64,000 bases of DNA. Origin: Methanobacteriota archaeon (GTDB lineage Archaea > Thermoplasmatota > Poseidoniia > Poseidoniales > Poseidoniaceae). Of the stretch, positions 38,805-48,393 are shown piece after piece; position 1 is the first letter of the stretch; each line of letters starts with the position of its first letter. Both the position numbers and the translations under genes were made by a program. Under the pieces are notes generated by a model. That model searched no databases and was not told the origin of the DNA. It worked only from the letters and a program-made list of their open reading frames with translations. Where the stretch lies: assembly GCA_002689345.1 (NCBI GenBank), contig NZFU01000002.1:8438-72437 (forward strand), given 5' to 3'.

Positions 38805-40298
38805 ATGGGCAGCGGTAAAGCCAAGCGCGGAATACCTTCCAAGGTTGATGATTTCAACTCATGGTATCCATTTATTGTCGAGGCCGCAGAACTTGTGGAC
38901 AAGCGTTATCCGATTAAGGGAATGGACGTGTGGAGGCCTTACGGATGGCGTACGATGAAATTAATCGATGCTTTGACTCATGAGGAAATGGAACGTACAG
39001 AGCACGAAGAAGTTAATTTCCCATTATTGATTCCTGAGAATTTACTAGAGAAGGAAAATGCACTGGTAGCCCGATTAAAGAGGGCACGAGAAGAAGGTGT
39101 TGATCCAGATGATTTACGTGATGAAGACGAAGAGGGCGGTTTCAAGAAAGAGGTATATTGGGTTAAACATGCAGGAGATAATGAACTCGACATCCCAATG
39201 TTCCTCAGACCAACAAGTGAGACTGCAATGTATACGATGTTCCCTCTATGGGTTCGCTCACACAAGGATTTACCCCTGAAAGTATACCAAATGGTCAATA
39301 CTTTCAGGTATGAAACAAAGCAAACTCGATCATTTATCCGTGTAAGAGAGATTCACTTTTTCGAAGCTCATACCGCACATGCAGACGAAGATTGTGCTAC
39401 TAGACAAATAGCACAAGATTTGGAAATTGTTGATAATTTAATGCATGATCTTTGCTTACCTGTCATCAAGGCCAAGCGTCCAGTATGGGATACATTCCCA
39501 GGAGCATGGTACACTATTGGAATTGATGCAATAATGCCAAATGGCCGCACTCTACAAGTTGCATCTTGCCATCATTATAGAGACCAATGGGCCAAAGCAT
39601 TCGATTTGACATATGAGAATTTAGATGCTCAGCAGCAGCATTGCCATCAGACTACATATGGAATGTCTGAAAGGCTATTAGGTGCAATAGTTGGCATGCA
39701 TGGTGACGATAATGGATTGATAATGCCTCCAGCAATCGCTCCATACCAAGTTGTCATTTGTCCAATGATTAGAAAGAATTCTGAAGTTGATACAGTTGCT
39801 AAAGCCAAAGAGGTTGCAACAATTCTCAAGGCTGCTGGACTACGTGTTAAAGTTGATTCTAGGGACATTCATGCGGGACAGAAATACTTTGATTGGGAAA
39901 TCAAAGGTGTTCCATTACGATTAGATATCGGGCCTAGAGATATTGAAAATGACTCTGCCTTTGCTGCTAGAAGAACTGGTGGAAAGGAACCTCTGCCTTT
40001 GGCCACTATTGCTGAAGATTGTAAACGTGTATTATCTGAAATTTCTGATGAGTTGAGAGCACGAGCGAAATCTCATACCGAGAATGTAGTAATACAATTA
40101 ACCGATTTAGAAAAGGTAGAGGATGGTAAAATCTACGAGCTTGCATTTGACGGAACCGATGCTCATGCAGAAACTATAGAGCGTACAACAGGCCTCTCAT
40201 TCTTAGGCGATGCTACCGACCCATATGATGAGGAAAGACCTTGTTTTATGTCAGGTAAAATGACTACACGGCGAGTTATTTTAGCAAAGACATACTGA
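38805..40298 (+). CDS. proS: Prolyl-tRNA synthetase (archaeal/eukaryotic type)
   Basis: RYPIKG, LRPTSET, FRYETKQTR, GMSERLLGA, APYQV, WEIKGVPLR, C-terminal AKTY. Confidence 0.96.
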   Translation: MGSGKAKRGIPSKVDDFNSWYPFIVEAAELVDKRYPIKGMDVWRPYGWRTMKLIDALTHEEMERTEHEEVNFPLLIPENLLEKENALVARLKRAREEGVDPDDLRDEDEEGGFKKEVYWVKHAGDNELDIPMFLRPTSETAMYTMFPLWVRSHKDLPLKVYQMVNTFRYETKQTRSFIRVREIHFFEAHTAHADEDCATRQIAQDLEIVDNLMHDLCLPVIKAKRPVWDTFPGAWYTIGIDAIMPNGRTLQVASCHHYRDQWAKAFDLTYENLDAQQQHCHQTTYGMSERLLGAIVGMHGDDNGLIMPPAIAPYQVVICPMIRKNSEVDTVAKAKEVATILKAAGLRVKVDSRDIHAGQKYFDWEIKGVPLRLDIGPRDIENDSAFAARRTGGKEPLPLATIAEDCKRVLSEISDELRARAKSHTENVVIQLTDLEKVEDGKIYELAFDGTDAHAETIERTTGLSFLGDATDPYDEERPCFMSGKMTTRRVILAKTY

Positions 40299-41663
40299 TT
40301 ACATTTCGAGTCCATCGAAATCCATTTCAGTATCACGCATCATGCGCTTCATCTGTTTATTCATCTTACGATTACCGCTCATACCCTTCATCATCTTACG
40401 TGAACGGTTCCATTGTCCGATGAGTTCTCTAACATCCTTTTCTTTGACACCAGAGCCTCTAGCAATACGGCGGATCCTATCTGCTTTGATTTTAGCAGGC
40501 TCATCCTTTTCATAATTGGTCATAGAATCCATTATAACGCGGTAGCGGTCAAGATTGGCTTGCATAGCCTCTTTCTGATTCTTACCCATAGCACCCATTC
40601 CTCCAAACATACCTGAAGGCAAGAATGAAAGTAACTTGTCGATGGTTCCTACTTTAGACATCATTTCCATTTGCGAATACATGTCATTAAGAGTGAAGCG
40701 GCCAGACATCATACGTTGAGTGATGCGCATAGCTTCCTCTTCATCCATATCTTCTGGTGCAAGATCGATTAATCCACGAATATCTCCCATACCTAGTAGG
40801 CGAGAAATGAATCGATCAGATTCGAATTTTTCTAAGTCTGAAACTTTCTCACCCGTACCGATATACATTACTGGTGCGCCAGTGGTGGCTACTGCAGATA
40901 ATGCACCTCCACCACGAGCAGTACCGTCTAGTTTAGTAATCACGATACCTGTTACACCAGCCAAATCATGGAAATTAGCAGCTACTGGACCTGCGGATTG
41001 ACCAACTTGAGCATCTATTACCAAGAATCGCTCGTTAGCATTAGCAACTTCAGATATTTGTTCTAATTCGACTACTAATTCCTCATCCAGTTTATGTCTA
41101 CCTGCTGTATCAATTATGACTAAATCTGCTGAGGAGTGAGCTTTCAAACCATTTTTTACAATATCTACAGCACTCTTGTTTTCAGGCTCGCCATAGACCT
41201 CAACAGTTGAATCTTCCAATAATTGTGATAGTTGATTGTATGCGCCTGGACGGTGTACGTCGGCCTCAATAACAGCGACACGGACCCCGTGCCTTCTGCG
41301 ATACCACTCAGCAAGTTTTGCAGTACTGGTAGTCTTACCATTACCATACAAACCCACCATGAGGATAGTTGATTGGTGAGGACGGACTTCTCGTGATGGT
41401 CCCAATAAGCGAACCAACTCAGTATAGAGTATATTCATTGCATGAGTTTGAAGAGTTACACCTGGACGAGGCTCCTCTTCACGCAATCTAATCTCAAGCT
41501 TTTCAGTGATTTCTTTGGTCTGGCGGACGTTGAAATCTGCTTCCTGTAGTGCTCTTCTTAGAGAGCGAAGCATCTCTTTTAATTCGTCCTCATCCAACTT
41601 CCTTCTACTCTTGAGCATCCCTAGTGCAGAGAAGATTCCCCTAGAGAGTGACTCGAGTGCCAT
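40299..41663 (-). CDS. srp54: Signal recognition particle protein SRP54
   Basis: [51 protein letters not shown], Met-rich M domain RIARGSG. Confidence 0.96.
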   Translation of the reverse strand: MALESLSRGIFSALGMLKSRRKLDEDELKEMLRSLRRALQEADFNVRQTKEITEKLEIRLREEEPRPGVTLQTHAMNILYTELVRLLGPSREVRPHQSTILMVGLYGNGKTTSTAKLAEWYRRRHGVRVAVIEADVHRPGAYNQLSQLLEDSTVEVYGEPENKSAVDIVKNGLKAHSSADLVIIDTAGRHKLDEELVVELEQISEVANANERFLVIDAQVGQSAGPVAANFHDLAGVTGIVITKLDGTARGGGALSAVATTGAPVMYIGTGEKVSDLEKFESDRFISRLLGMGDIRGLIDLAPEDMDEEEAMRITQRMMSGRFTLNDMYSQMEMMSKVGTIDKLLSFLPSGMFGGMGAMGKNQKEAMQANLDRYRVIMDSMTNYEKDEPAKIKADRIRRIARGSGVKEKDVRELIGQWNRSRKMMKGMSGNRKMNKQMKRMMRDTEMDFDGLEM

Positions 41664-41705
41664 GCTGCTGTCCAAAAGCGCATTTGGTTTGAACCCAACG
41701 GAAGA

Positions 41706-42869
41706 TTATTCGGGAGGAAATGTCAATCTCAATACATCATCTTCGAGTTTAGCTTGGACTTGGCTAGCTTTAGCAGGTCTATCGAAAGGAACTGGATGTT
41801 CTCGTGAATTAATGCCAACAAGAACGGTGCCCGATTCACTGCGTAAAGACAAATCTTCACGATCTATACCGGGGAGGTGAAGATAGACATCATCGCCATC
41901 GGACCAAGTTCCTCGATGGACTTCTAATCCAAGTCCGATTTCGAAAGGACCTAAACCATCTGCAACCTTAATTTCACCATGCAATTCAGAACTAATATTA
42001 CGTAATGATTCGATTCCGTGGATATCTGAATCCTTTAACTCCACTTCATGAAGATGTAAATTAGGTAGTTGTAATTCTAATTGTTCTACATTATCCCGTT
42101 CGTTTTTCCTACGAGTTTGAATAAATTCGTGTTCTAGATTAGGAGTCATTCTGTTAACGACACAGCCAGTAACGGGTAATTCGAATTCAGTAAGAGACTT
42201 ATGGGCCCTCACGGTTTCATTTACGCCCATCTTTTCAGGAATTGTTACCAAAGTAAAACGAGTAACTTCTGGATTGCAAAGTATTCTACGTACATGCAGG
42301 ACTCGTCTGCGGAACTTTTCAAGTTCATTTCTCATCTTTTCGCCATCTTTGGCACCAAACATCATTGCTCTTATTCCGCCGGTCAGTCGATGCATTCTGA
42401 TTATCTTATCAGCCCATTTCTCTATGATCTCTGGAAGGGCTAAGAAACGAAGTGTGTGCCCAGTAGGTGCTGTATCAAATACAATAACATCCCAATCTGG
42501 ATTTTCTAAATGTTTTAGCAGTTCATCAAAAGCCATTGCCTCATCCAAACCTGGCAATACCATCTCGGATGCATTGAGGTCAGGGTTTTCACCACCCATA
42601 AGTGGGCCTAAACTTTCAGTCAACTTTGGGATATGGTCAGATATTCTTGCTTCAGGGTCTAGTTCCAAGCCCCAAAGGCCTTCAACACCTTCAACTTGGG
42701 TAGGTTCAGGGCCTAATTGAACACCGAGGCTATCCGATGTACTGTGAGCCGGGTCACTACTAACAAGTAGTACTTTCAAGCCAGAATCAGCCAATCCTAC
42801 CGCTGTTGAAGTTGACGTTGTAGTCTTACCAACTCCACCCTTCCCGCCGAATAGTAATAGCCGTGCCAT
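41706..42869 (-). CDS. ArsA/Get3 family ATPase with C-terminal HSP20-like beta domain
   Basis: GKGGVGKTT, SDPAHS, PGLDEA, DTAPTGHTLRFL, VVNR; C-terminal VYLHLPG..REDLSL...VQAKLEDDVLRLTF. Confidence 0.9.
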   Translation of the reverse strand: MARLLLFGGKGGVGKTTTSTSTAVGLADSGLKVLLVSSDPAHSTSDSLGVQLGPEPTQVEGVEGLWGLELDPEARISDHIPKLTESLGPLMGGENPDLNASEMVLPGLDEAMAFDELLKHLENPDWDVIVFDTAPTGHTLRFLALPEIIEKWADKIIRMHRLTGGIRAMMFGAKDGEKMRNELEKFRRRVLHVRRILCNPEVTRFTLVTIPEKMGVNETVRAHKSLTEFELPVTGCVVNRMTPNLEHEFIQTRRKNERDNVEQLELQLPNLHLHEVELKDSDIHGIESLRNISSELHGEIKVADGLGPFEIGLGLEVHRGTWSDGDDVYLHLPGIDREDLSLRSESGTVLVGINSREHPVPFDRPAKASQVQAKLEDDVLRLTFPPE

Positions 42870-42892
42870 GTCACAGGCTCGAGTTGGGCATA

Positions 42893-42923
42893 TTCAAGCC
42901 TTAGGTTACACAACTCACTTGAA
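42893..42923. promoter_or_regulatory. Divergent pair of TTGAATA promoter-like boxes
   Basis: TTGAATA begins exactly 28 nt before each of the two divergent ATGs (42869 minus, 42947 plus); part of a window-wide pattern. Confidence 0.55.
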
Positions 42924-42946
42924 TAGGGCATTACAGGACTAACATC

Positions 42947-43666
42947 ATGGCAAGCGACTTGGTGCTGTTTCAAGTTGCTTCTATCACTGCATTAGTCGGC
43001 ATGGGTTTGGGCTGGCGCGGAGTTATGACTCGCTATTCTGGATTCTATGATTTGCCGACTGCATGGAGTATGATGTTCTGGGGTATTTTACTCGGTGGAT
43101 TTTATGGTAGTATAGCTGACAGAGTACTGTTAATACCTTATATCGAGAGTCAAAATCTGCCATTTAGAAATGTTACGATTTCACTATTATTAGCAGTAAT
43201 TGTCCATTTGATACTGCGAATGAAAAAAGTACGACGAACTGGTTCTCAGCCAACAACAGGATGGGCTTTGGGCTTAGCAGTTGGTGGAATGGTAGCGATG
43301 TTTGTAATTTTCAGATTATTGCAACTAAATCCAATTAGTTTGGAACTGATCTCGACCATTGTTCTAGTAGCAATCATTTCACCTCGTTCACATGCTCTAA
43401 TATTCTGTGCACACGGATATGGAATGCTATCGGGTAAGCGTTGGAGTATTGTAATCAAAACATTTGTTTGGTCGGCTCTAATTATTACATCTCTGTATTC
43501 TGCAATCATTTATCCATTGGTTTGGATATTCCTTATCCCTCCAATATTATTGGCTGAAAAGAAGGCTCATGATTGGGTTTGGGCTGCCGTACCTAGGCCT
43601 GCTAGAAGACGGCTGCGAAGAATATGGTCAGATGCGTCGAGAACAAAGCATGCTGAAGAAGAGTAG
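42947..43666 (+). CDS. Multi-pass membrane protein (possibly degenerate PrsW-like)
   Basis: About 7 hydrophobic segments; GWALGLAVG and SHALIFCAHGYG resemble PrsW helices, but no EExxK. Confidence 0.6.
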   Translation: MASDLVLFQVASITALVGMGLGWRGVMTRYSGFYDLPTAWSMMFWGILLGGFYGSIADRVLLIPYIESQNLPFRNVTISLLLAVIVHLILRMKKVRRTGSQPTTGWALGLAVGGMVAMFVIFRLLQLNPISLELISTIVLVAIISPRSHALIFCAHGYGMLSGKRWSIVIKTFVWSALIITSLYSAIIYPLVWIFLIPPILLAEKKAHDWVWAAVPRPARRRLRRIWSDASRTKHAEEE

Positions 43667-43777
43667 GTATTTGCTTACAAAGAGTACTAGTATTGATTAT
43701 AGCATCGATTTTACCCCTAGATTCACTTTTATTATGGGGCAGAACCTTCATGGGGGTACCGTTCAGCCTAGAAATCA

Positions 43778-45337
43778 ATGGGAACTTGTCCCTTCTGTCG
43801 CGCCCAAACCTTACCGGGCGATTCTATCTGCTATAGTTGTGGTAGAGTAATCACAGGCGCATCAGGTATGGATTCTCGTGTTAAGGGAGAATTCATGCGA
43901 ACTCCGACTCGAAGAGCAAAGCGTGGAGTAGCCCCTAGGCAAGCCATGGCTAGTGGCAAAACAAAGCGTGGAGGGCGTAAGAAAAGGAGTAGAATAAATC
44001 AACTTGGTTTGATCGCTCTTATCGCATTCGTCTTCTTCACACCAGATGCTCGTCAATTTGTATTGGCCAAATGGGCTGAGGTTGAAGAATATATCATGGA
44101 TGGGCTAGCTCCTCACCAAGTATATCCTCTAGAAGCAGAATATACAGTTGTTCGAAGTATTGATTTATGGAATAATGGCACAGGTAATGGCCATTTGGAA
44201 GAATCAATTCCATTACCAGTAGATGTTTCGAGTAATGAAAGGGATTCTGTAGCTCTTGCATTTACCGATGGAACTGAAGTTCCAACATCACAAATTCAAA
44301 CTATTTTGTCTTTGGAATTACGTATAGATGGAGAGATAATTAGTATTCCAATGGATGGTAGTATTAGAAGTAAGGCAAATGCCATCAATACTTCTGATAA
44401 TAGTCAAGTTTGGTGGCCTAATCAAAATTACAATGATTCAGACATGTGTCCGCACGGGCCATGTGTTCGAGTCTCAATCGATGTACCAAGTGGGACTCAT
44501 GAAACTGTTGATTTTGCAGTAACTCTGCATTCAGCCACACATACATGGTGGCATTCAACCCGAATGGATAGCAAAATTGAAGGTAAATCTGAAGGTGTTA
44601 GCGTTGCTCGCTCTGGTACTTTTGATGACATTGCCCAAAGAGGTGAAGGTATTCAATCATCTACATTCGCATCAATGCCATGGTATGACAGAAATGATGG
44701 TAATAATCCATCTAATTGGGCTATTGATGGAAGACAATCTAATGCTCCAACAATATTCCAGACCGCCGCTAGTATTGAAGCATCTTTACCTGGTAATCTG
44801 AAGGATAATGCCTATGCATATGCTAGAGCAACTTTCGATTGGTTAAACGATAATGTTCCTTACGATACAAATGCACCTAATGTGGCTAGGAGTGGCGAGC
44901 AATGTCTCGATGCAGGAATGGGAGATTGTGATGAGCAATCTAACGCATTCATGAGTATTATGCGCATTAAAGGAATTCCAACATGGTATGTCTTTGGAGC
45001 ATTAGCTGATTCACAATTCGAGTCATGGCAAGGTCATGCATGGGCATACATTTTACTTCCAATGTCTGATGAATGGTGTGAAGAAAATGGAGTCGTATTA
45101 AAAACATGCTTTGTTGAAGGTTCAGTAGACGTAGTAAACCACAAATGGCTAGTACATACACCTACTGCATATATCGATTGGATTGAAAAATCACCATGGA
45201 CCAATGTAGATGGTTACTATTCGGGTGGCACAATGAGTGGAAACGATTTCAACCGAGTTAGATCATTTTACACAGAGGGATACGAAGTAATTGGTGGAAC
45301 TTGGAATAATAAATGGATAGGAGAGGATCTATCATGA
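43778..45337 (+). CDS. Zinc-ribbon / TM / transglutaminase-like domain protein
   Basis: CPFC-x10-CYSC, basic linker, TM, GDCDEQS (Cys), GHAWAY (His), VD (Asp). Confidence 0.85.
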   Translation: MGTCPFCRAQTLPGDSICYSCGRVITGASGMDSRVKGEFMRTPTRRAKRGVAPRQAMASGKTKRGGRKKRSRINQLGLIALIAFVFFTPDARQFVLAKWAEVEEYIMDGLAPHQVYPLEAEYTVVRSIDLWNNGTGNGHLEESIPLPVDVSSNERDSVALAFTDGTEVPTSQIQTILSLELRIDGEIISIPMDGSIRSKANAINTSDNSQVWWPNQNYNDSDMCPHGPCVRVSIDVPSGTHETVDFAVTLHSATHTWWHSTRMDSKIEGKSEGVSVARSGTFDDIAQRGEGIQSSTFASMPWYDRNDGNNPSNWAIDGRQSNAPTIFQTAASIEASLPGNLKDNAYAYARATFDWLNDNVPYDTNAPNVARSGEQCLDAGMGDCDEQSNAFMSIMRIKGIPTWYVFGALADSQFESWQGHAWAYILLPMSDEWCEENGVVLKTCFVEGSVDVVNHKWLVHTPTAYIDWIEKSPWTNVDGYYSGGTMSGNDFNRVRSFYTEGYEVIGGTWNNKWIGEDLS

Positions 45338-46749
45338 GGATAATTATTGGCGGTGGTGGACGAGTAGGTACTGGTTTAGCCAAAGCATTACGCAGTGAAG
45401 ATAAGGATGTTGTATTGGTTGATAACAATGCCAGAGCTGTCAAGAATTCTCAGGGGATGGATATTCTAGTACTCCATGGAGACATTACTCACCGACAAAA
45501 ATTTGTGGAGGCGGGAATTGAAACCGCTCAGGTATATATCGCAGCAACAAATTCTGATGAAAGAAACATTCTTTCTTGCGCTTTAGCAAAACATGTTCAC
45601 AAAGAACAGACCAAAGGTAAGAGTGAATTAATGACAATTTGTCGAGTTCGAGACCAGATATTTGTTAATGAATTTAAATCAGGTAAGTTGTCGAAGTGGG
45701 CAGGTGTAGACCATGTTGTAAGCCCTATTGATGGCGCTATTGAACGCCTGATGTCTGGATTGCGCTCATCATCCTTAACCGAAGTAATTCCTTTCGATGC
45801 TGATGCATATATTGTTGAATTGGATGTAAAATCTGAAGCAGGTGGTGTCGTTCATAGAACTCTAAGAGAATCGGGAGCAAAGGTTGAGGGAGGTATGCCT
45901 TTGGTTGTTGGATTGAAGCGGGATGGAACACCCGGTAAGGTTCCTAGTGCCGATGATCAAATACTTCCTAATGATAGAGTTGCTATAGCAACTGCTGGTG
46001 AAGCTTCATTCAATCGAATTCTACGAATATTTGGCCATGCTCCAATCGATTTCCCTGACAAGCCTCAGGTTGCTATTTTTGGAGCAGGGCGTGTTGGTGT
46101 ACGCTTAGCAAAAGCTTGGTTAAATGCTGGTGCAAAGGTTACTGTTGTTGAAAGAGAATTAGAAAAAGCGAATAATTTGGCTGGTTCTGACATTGGAAAT
46201 ATGAAAGGTATAGAAATTATACATGGTGATCATCTAGACAAAAATTTACTTTCTGAAATTGAAATAGGTTCACACGACATAGCCATTTCAGCATTGAATG
46301 ATGACCACGCTTCAATCGCTGCAGTACTCTTAGCAATCGATATGGGGGTTGAGAGAACTGGACTAATTTTGTATGATGCAGATTTAGTGAATGTTGTTAG
46401 AAGAATGGGAATTACATTTTCGGTTGATAGGAAGCGAGTTGCAATCGATTCGATTCTAGCACGCATACATTCTGAACTACCAGGTCCTTATGCAGTGCTA
46501 TCTAGTGTCCCCGATGTAATTGGAATATGTCTACCTGTCAATGCAGATGTGAAGTTTGCAGGCAAGACTATTTTGGATGCAGGATTGCCAGAATGGTGTA
46601 AAGTTGCCTTCATTCAGCGCAAAAATATACACGATGAATGGGAGACTATGCGACCTTCCTCTTCAAAAACACTGCTTGAAGGAGATCGCCTAACAATATT
46701 CTTACCACCTGACCGTGTTGATGATTTGGAGAAGAAATTCAAGGTGTGA
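45334..46749 (+). CDS. trkA: Trk potassium uptake NAD-binding subunit
   Basis: Two RCK domains (IIIGGGGRVG; IFGAGRVG), ATNSDERN; ATGA overlap with the upstream gene; adjacent to trkH. Confidence 0.92.
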   Translation: MRIIIGGGGRVGTGLAKALRSEDKDVVLVDNNARAVKNSQGMDILVLHGDITHRQKFVEAGIETAQVYIAATNSDERNILSCALAKHVHKEQTKGKSELMTICRVRDQIFVNEFKSGKLSKWAGVDHVVSPIDGAIERLMSGLRSSSLTEVIPFDADAYIVELDVKSEAGGVVHRTLRESGAKVEGGMPLVVGLKRDGTPGKVPSADDQILPNDRVAIATAGEASFNRILRIFGHAPIDFPDKPQVAIFGAGRVGVRLAKAWLNAGAKVTVVERELEKANNLAGSDIGNMKGIEIIHGDHLDKNLLSEIEIGSHDIAISALNDDHASIAAVLLAIDMGVERTGLILYDADLVNVVRRMGITFSVDRKRVAIDSILARIHSELPGPYAVLSSVPDVIGICLPVNADVKFAGKTILDAGLPEWCKVAFIQRKNIHDEWETMRPSSSKTLLEGDRLTIFLPPDRVDDLEKKFKV

Positions 46750-46752
46750 ACA

Positions 46753-48393
46753 ATGCGCCGTGACGTACTATCACTAATCGTCGGATGGACGATGATGGCA
46801 ATGTTGGTTCCATTGTCATTCAGTTTCTTGGTTACTTGGTGGCTAGATGGTTTTTCAACCGCCATGGTATCATTTATGCTGCCATTAGTGTTTTCAGGAA
46901 TAATTGGTTTAGCGTTACTAAGTTTAGGAGTACGGTCTGATACTACCGAGAGGCTTAGGGATAGAGAAGCATTTGCCGCAGTTGCCTTAGCGTGGCCAGT
47001 TGCAGTATTTATTGGGAGTTTTCCATTTTGGCTAGGTGGAGTTTTTCATGGACCATTCACAGATGGTTCGGAAATGGCTGACATCGGTCGAGGATTTGTC
47101 AATTCATGGTTTGAGTCGATGTCTGGATTCACAACAACTGGTGCAACAGTTATCGAACATTCGATGAGCCCGAATTGTATTCCAGGAACAACGCCAGATT
47201 GTATTAACGCTCAACCAAAGGGGATTTTGATTTGGCGTTCACTTACACAATGGTTAGGTGGCATGGGAATAATCATGCTTGGATTGATGCTACTGTCAAG
47301 AGTTTTAGGCGGAGGGATGGCGCTTGCAAGGGCCGAATTGACTGGTCCTTCACTATCCAAATTACGTCCTAAATTACAACAGACTGCTTTGGCTCTTTGG
47401 ACGATTTATATCGTATTAACCGCTCTTGAAATCCTGCTATTATGGGGGATTGGAGATCTTACATTTTTTGATGCATTTAACCATGGACTAACCACAATGC
47501 CTTCAGGCGGTTTCTCAACACATGATGCATCTATTGGATACTACGATAGTTTTGTTGTCGAATCGATAATCATATGTTTCATGTTCCTTGCTGGAGTGAA
47601 TTTCACATTGATATGGCTTGCATGGGAAAAGCAGTGGGACAAGGTACTTTCAGACCAAGAAGGTCGGAGTTATGTGATTGTTATACTTGCAACAACAGCA
47701 TTTGTATTCATTGCTCTGCTATCACAAGGTAGTAGTTTCAGTGAAGGATTCTTCGAGTCATTATTCACTGTTGTTTCAATTGGAACTTCGACGGGATATA
47801 CCACTACTGATTACATGCTTTGGCCAGTGGTAACGCACATACTTCTATTCTTATTGATGATTGTAGGTGCTTGTGCCGGTTCCACAAGTGGGGGACTGAA
47901 AATAATGAGGGTAAAATTAGCCCTTAAAATAGCTTGGAGAGAAATCGGAAGAATCGCTCAACCAAAGCGTGTTTTTAGAATAAGAATGAATGATGAAGTT
48001 GTCGAAGGAGAGCGCCTAGGTTTAATCGTTGGAATGTTATTTGTTTGGACCGGATTATTTGCCATTTCATGCATCGTATTAGCAGTTACAATGCCTAATT
48101 CTGATTTTGAATCAGTAGTGGCAGTTGTTGCATCTTCATTAGGAAATACCGGACCAACCTTAGGAGATTATGGTCCATCCAATACATGGGCATCGCTAGG
48201 AACGCCTTCATTGGTCATTACATCGATATTGATGTGGTTTGGAAGGCTGGAATTGATGACAGCATTACTATTGCTTCATCCAAGAACTTGGGCAAGAGAA
48301 GAAAGAGAAGCTCCAGATAGGGCTTCTGTGAAGTTAATTCGAGAATTATTCGATAAGATGGAAGACCGTGCAAATGATAAGGAAAAGGATTAG
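46753..48393 (+). CDS. trkH: Trk potassium uptake membrane subunit
   Basis: FESMSGFTTTG, QWLGGMG, SGGFS, STGY, GSTSGG.K, GNTGP, GRLE. Confidence 0.95.
   Translation: MRRDVLSLIVGWTMMAMLVPLSFSFLVTWWLDGFSTAMVSFMLPLVFSGIIGLALLSLGVRSDTTERLRDREAFAAVALAWPVAVFIGSFPFWLGGVFHGPFTDGSEMADIGRGFVNSWFESMSGFTTTGATVIEHSMSPNCIPGTTPDCINAQPKGILIWRSLTQWLGGMGIIMLGLMLLSRVLGGGMALARAELTGPSLSKLRPKLQQTALALWTIYIVLTALEILLLWGIGDLTFFDAFNHGLTTMPSGGFSTHDASIGYYDSFVVESIIICFMFLAGVNFTLIWLAWEKQWDKVLSDQEGRSYVIVILATTAFVFIALLSQGSSFSEGFFESLFTVVSIGTSTGYTTTDYMLWPVVTHILLFLLMIVGACAGSTSGGLKIMRVKLALKIAWREIGRIAQPKRVFRIRMNDEVVEGERLGLIVGMLFVWTGLFAISCIVLAVTMPNSDFESVVAVVASSLGNTGPTLGDYGPSNTWASLGTPSLVITSILMWFGRLELMTALLLLHPRTWAREEREAPDRASVKLIRELFDKMEDRANDKEKD

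Noticed and set aside
41706-42869. Arsenic-resistance ATPase
   Set aside because: Single ATPase domain, lacks the metalloid-binding Cys set, no arsB/acr3/arsR/arsD nearby
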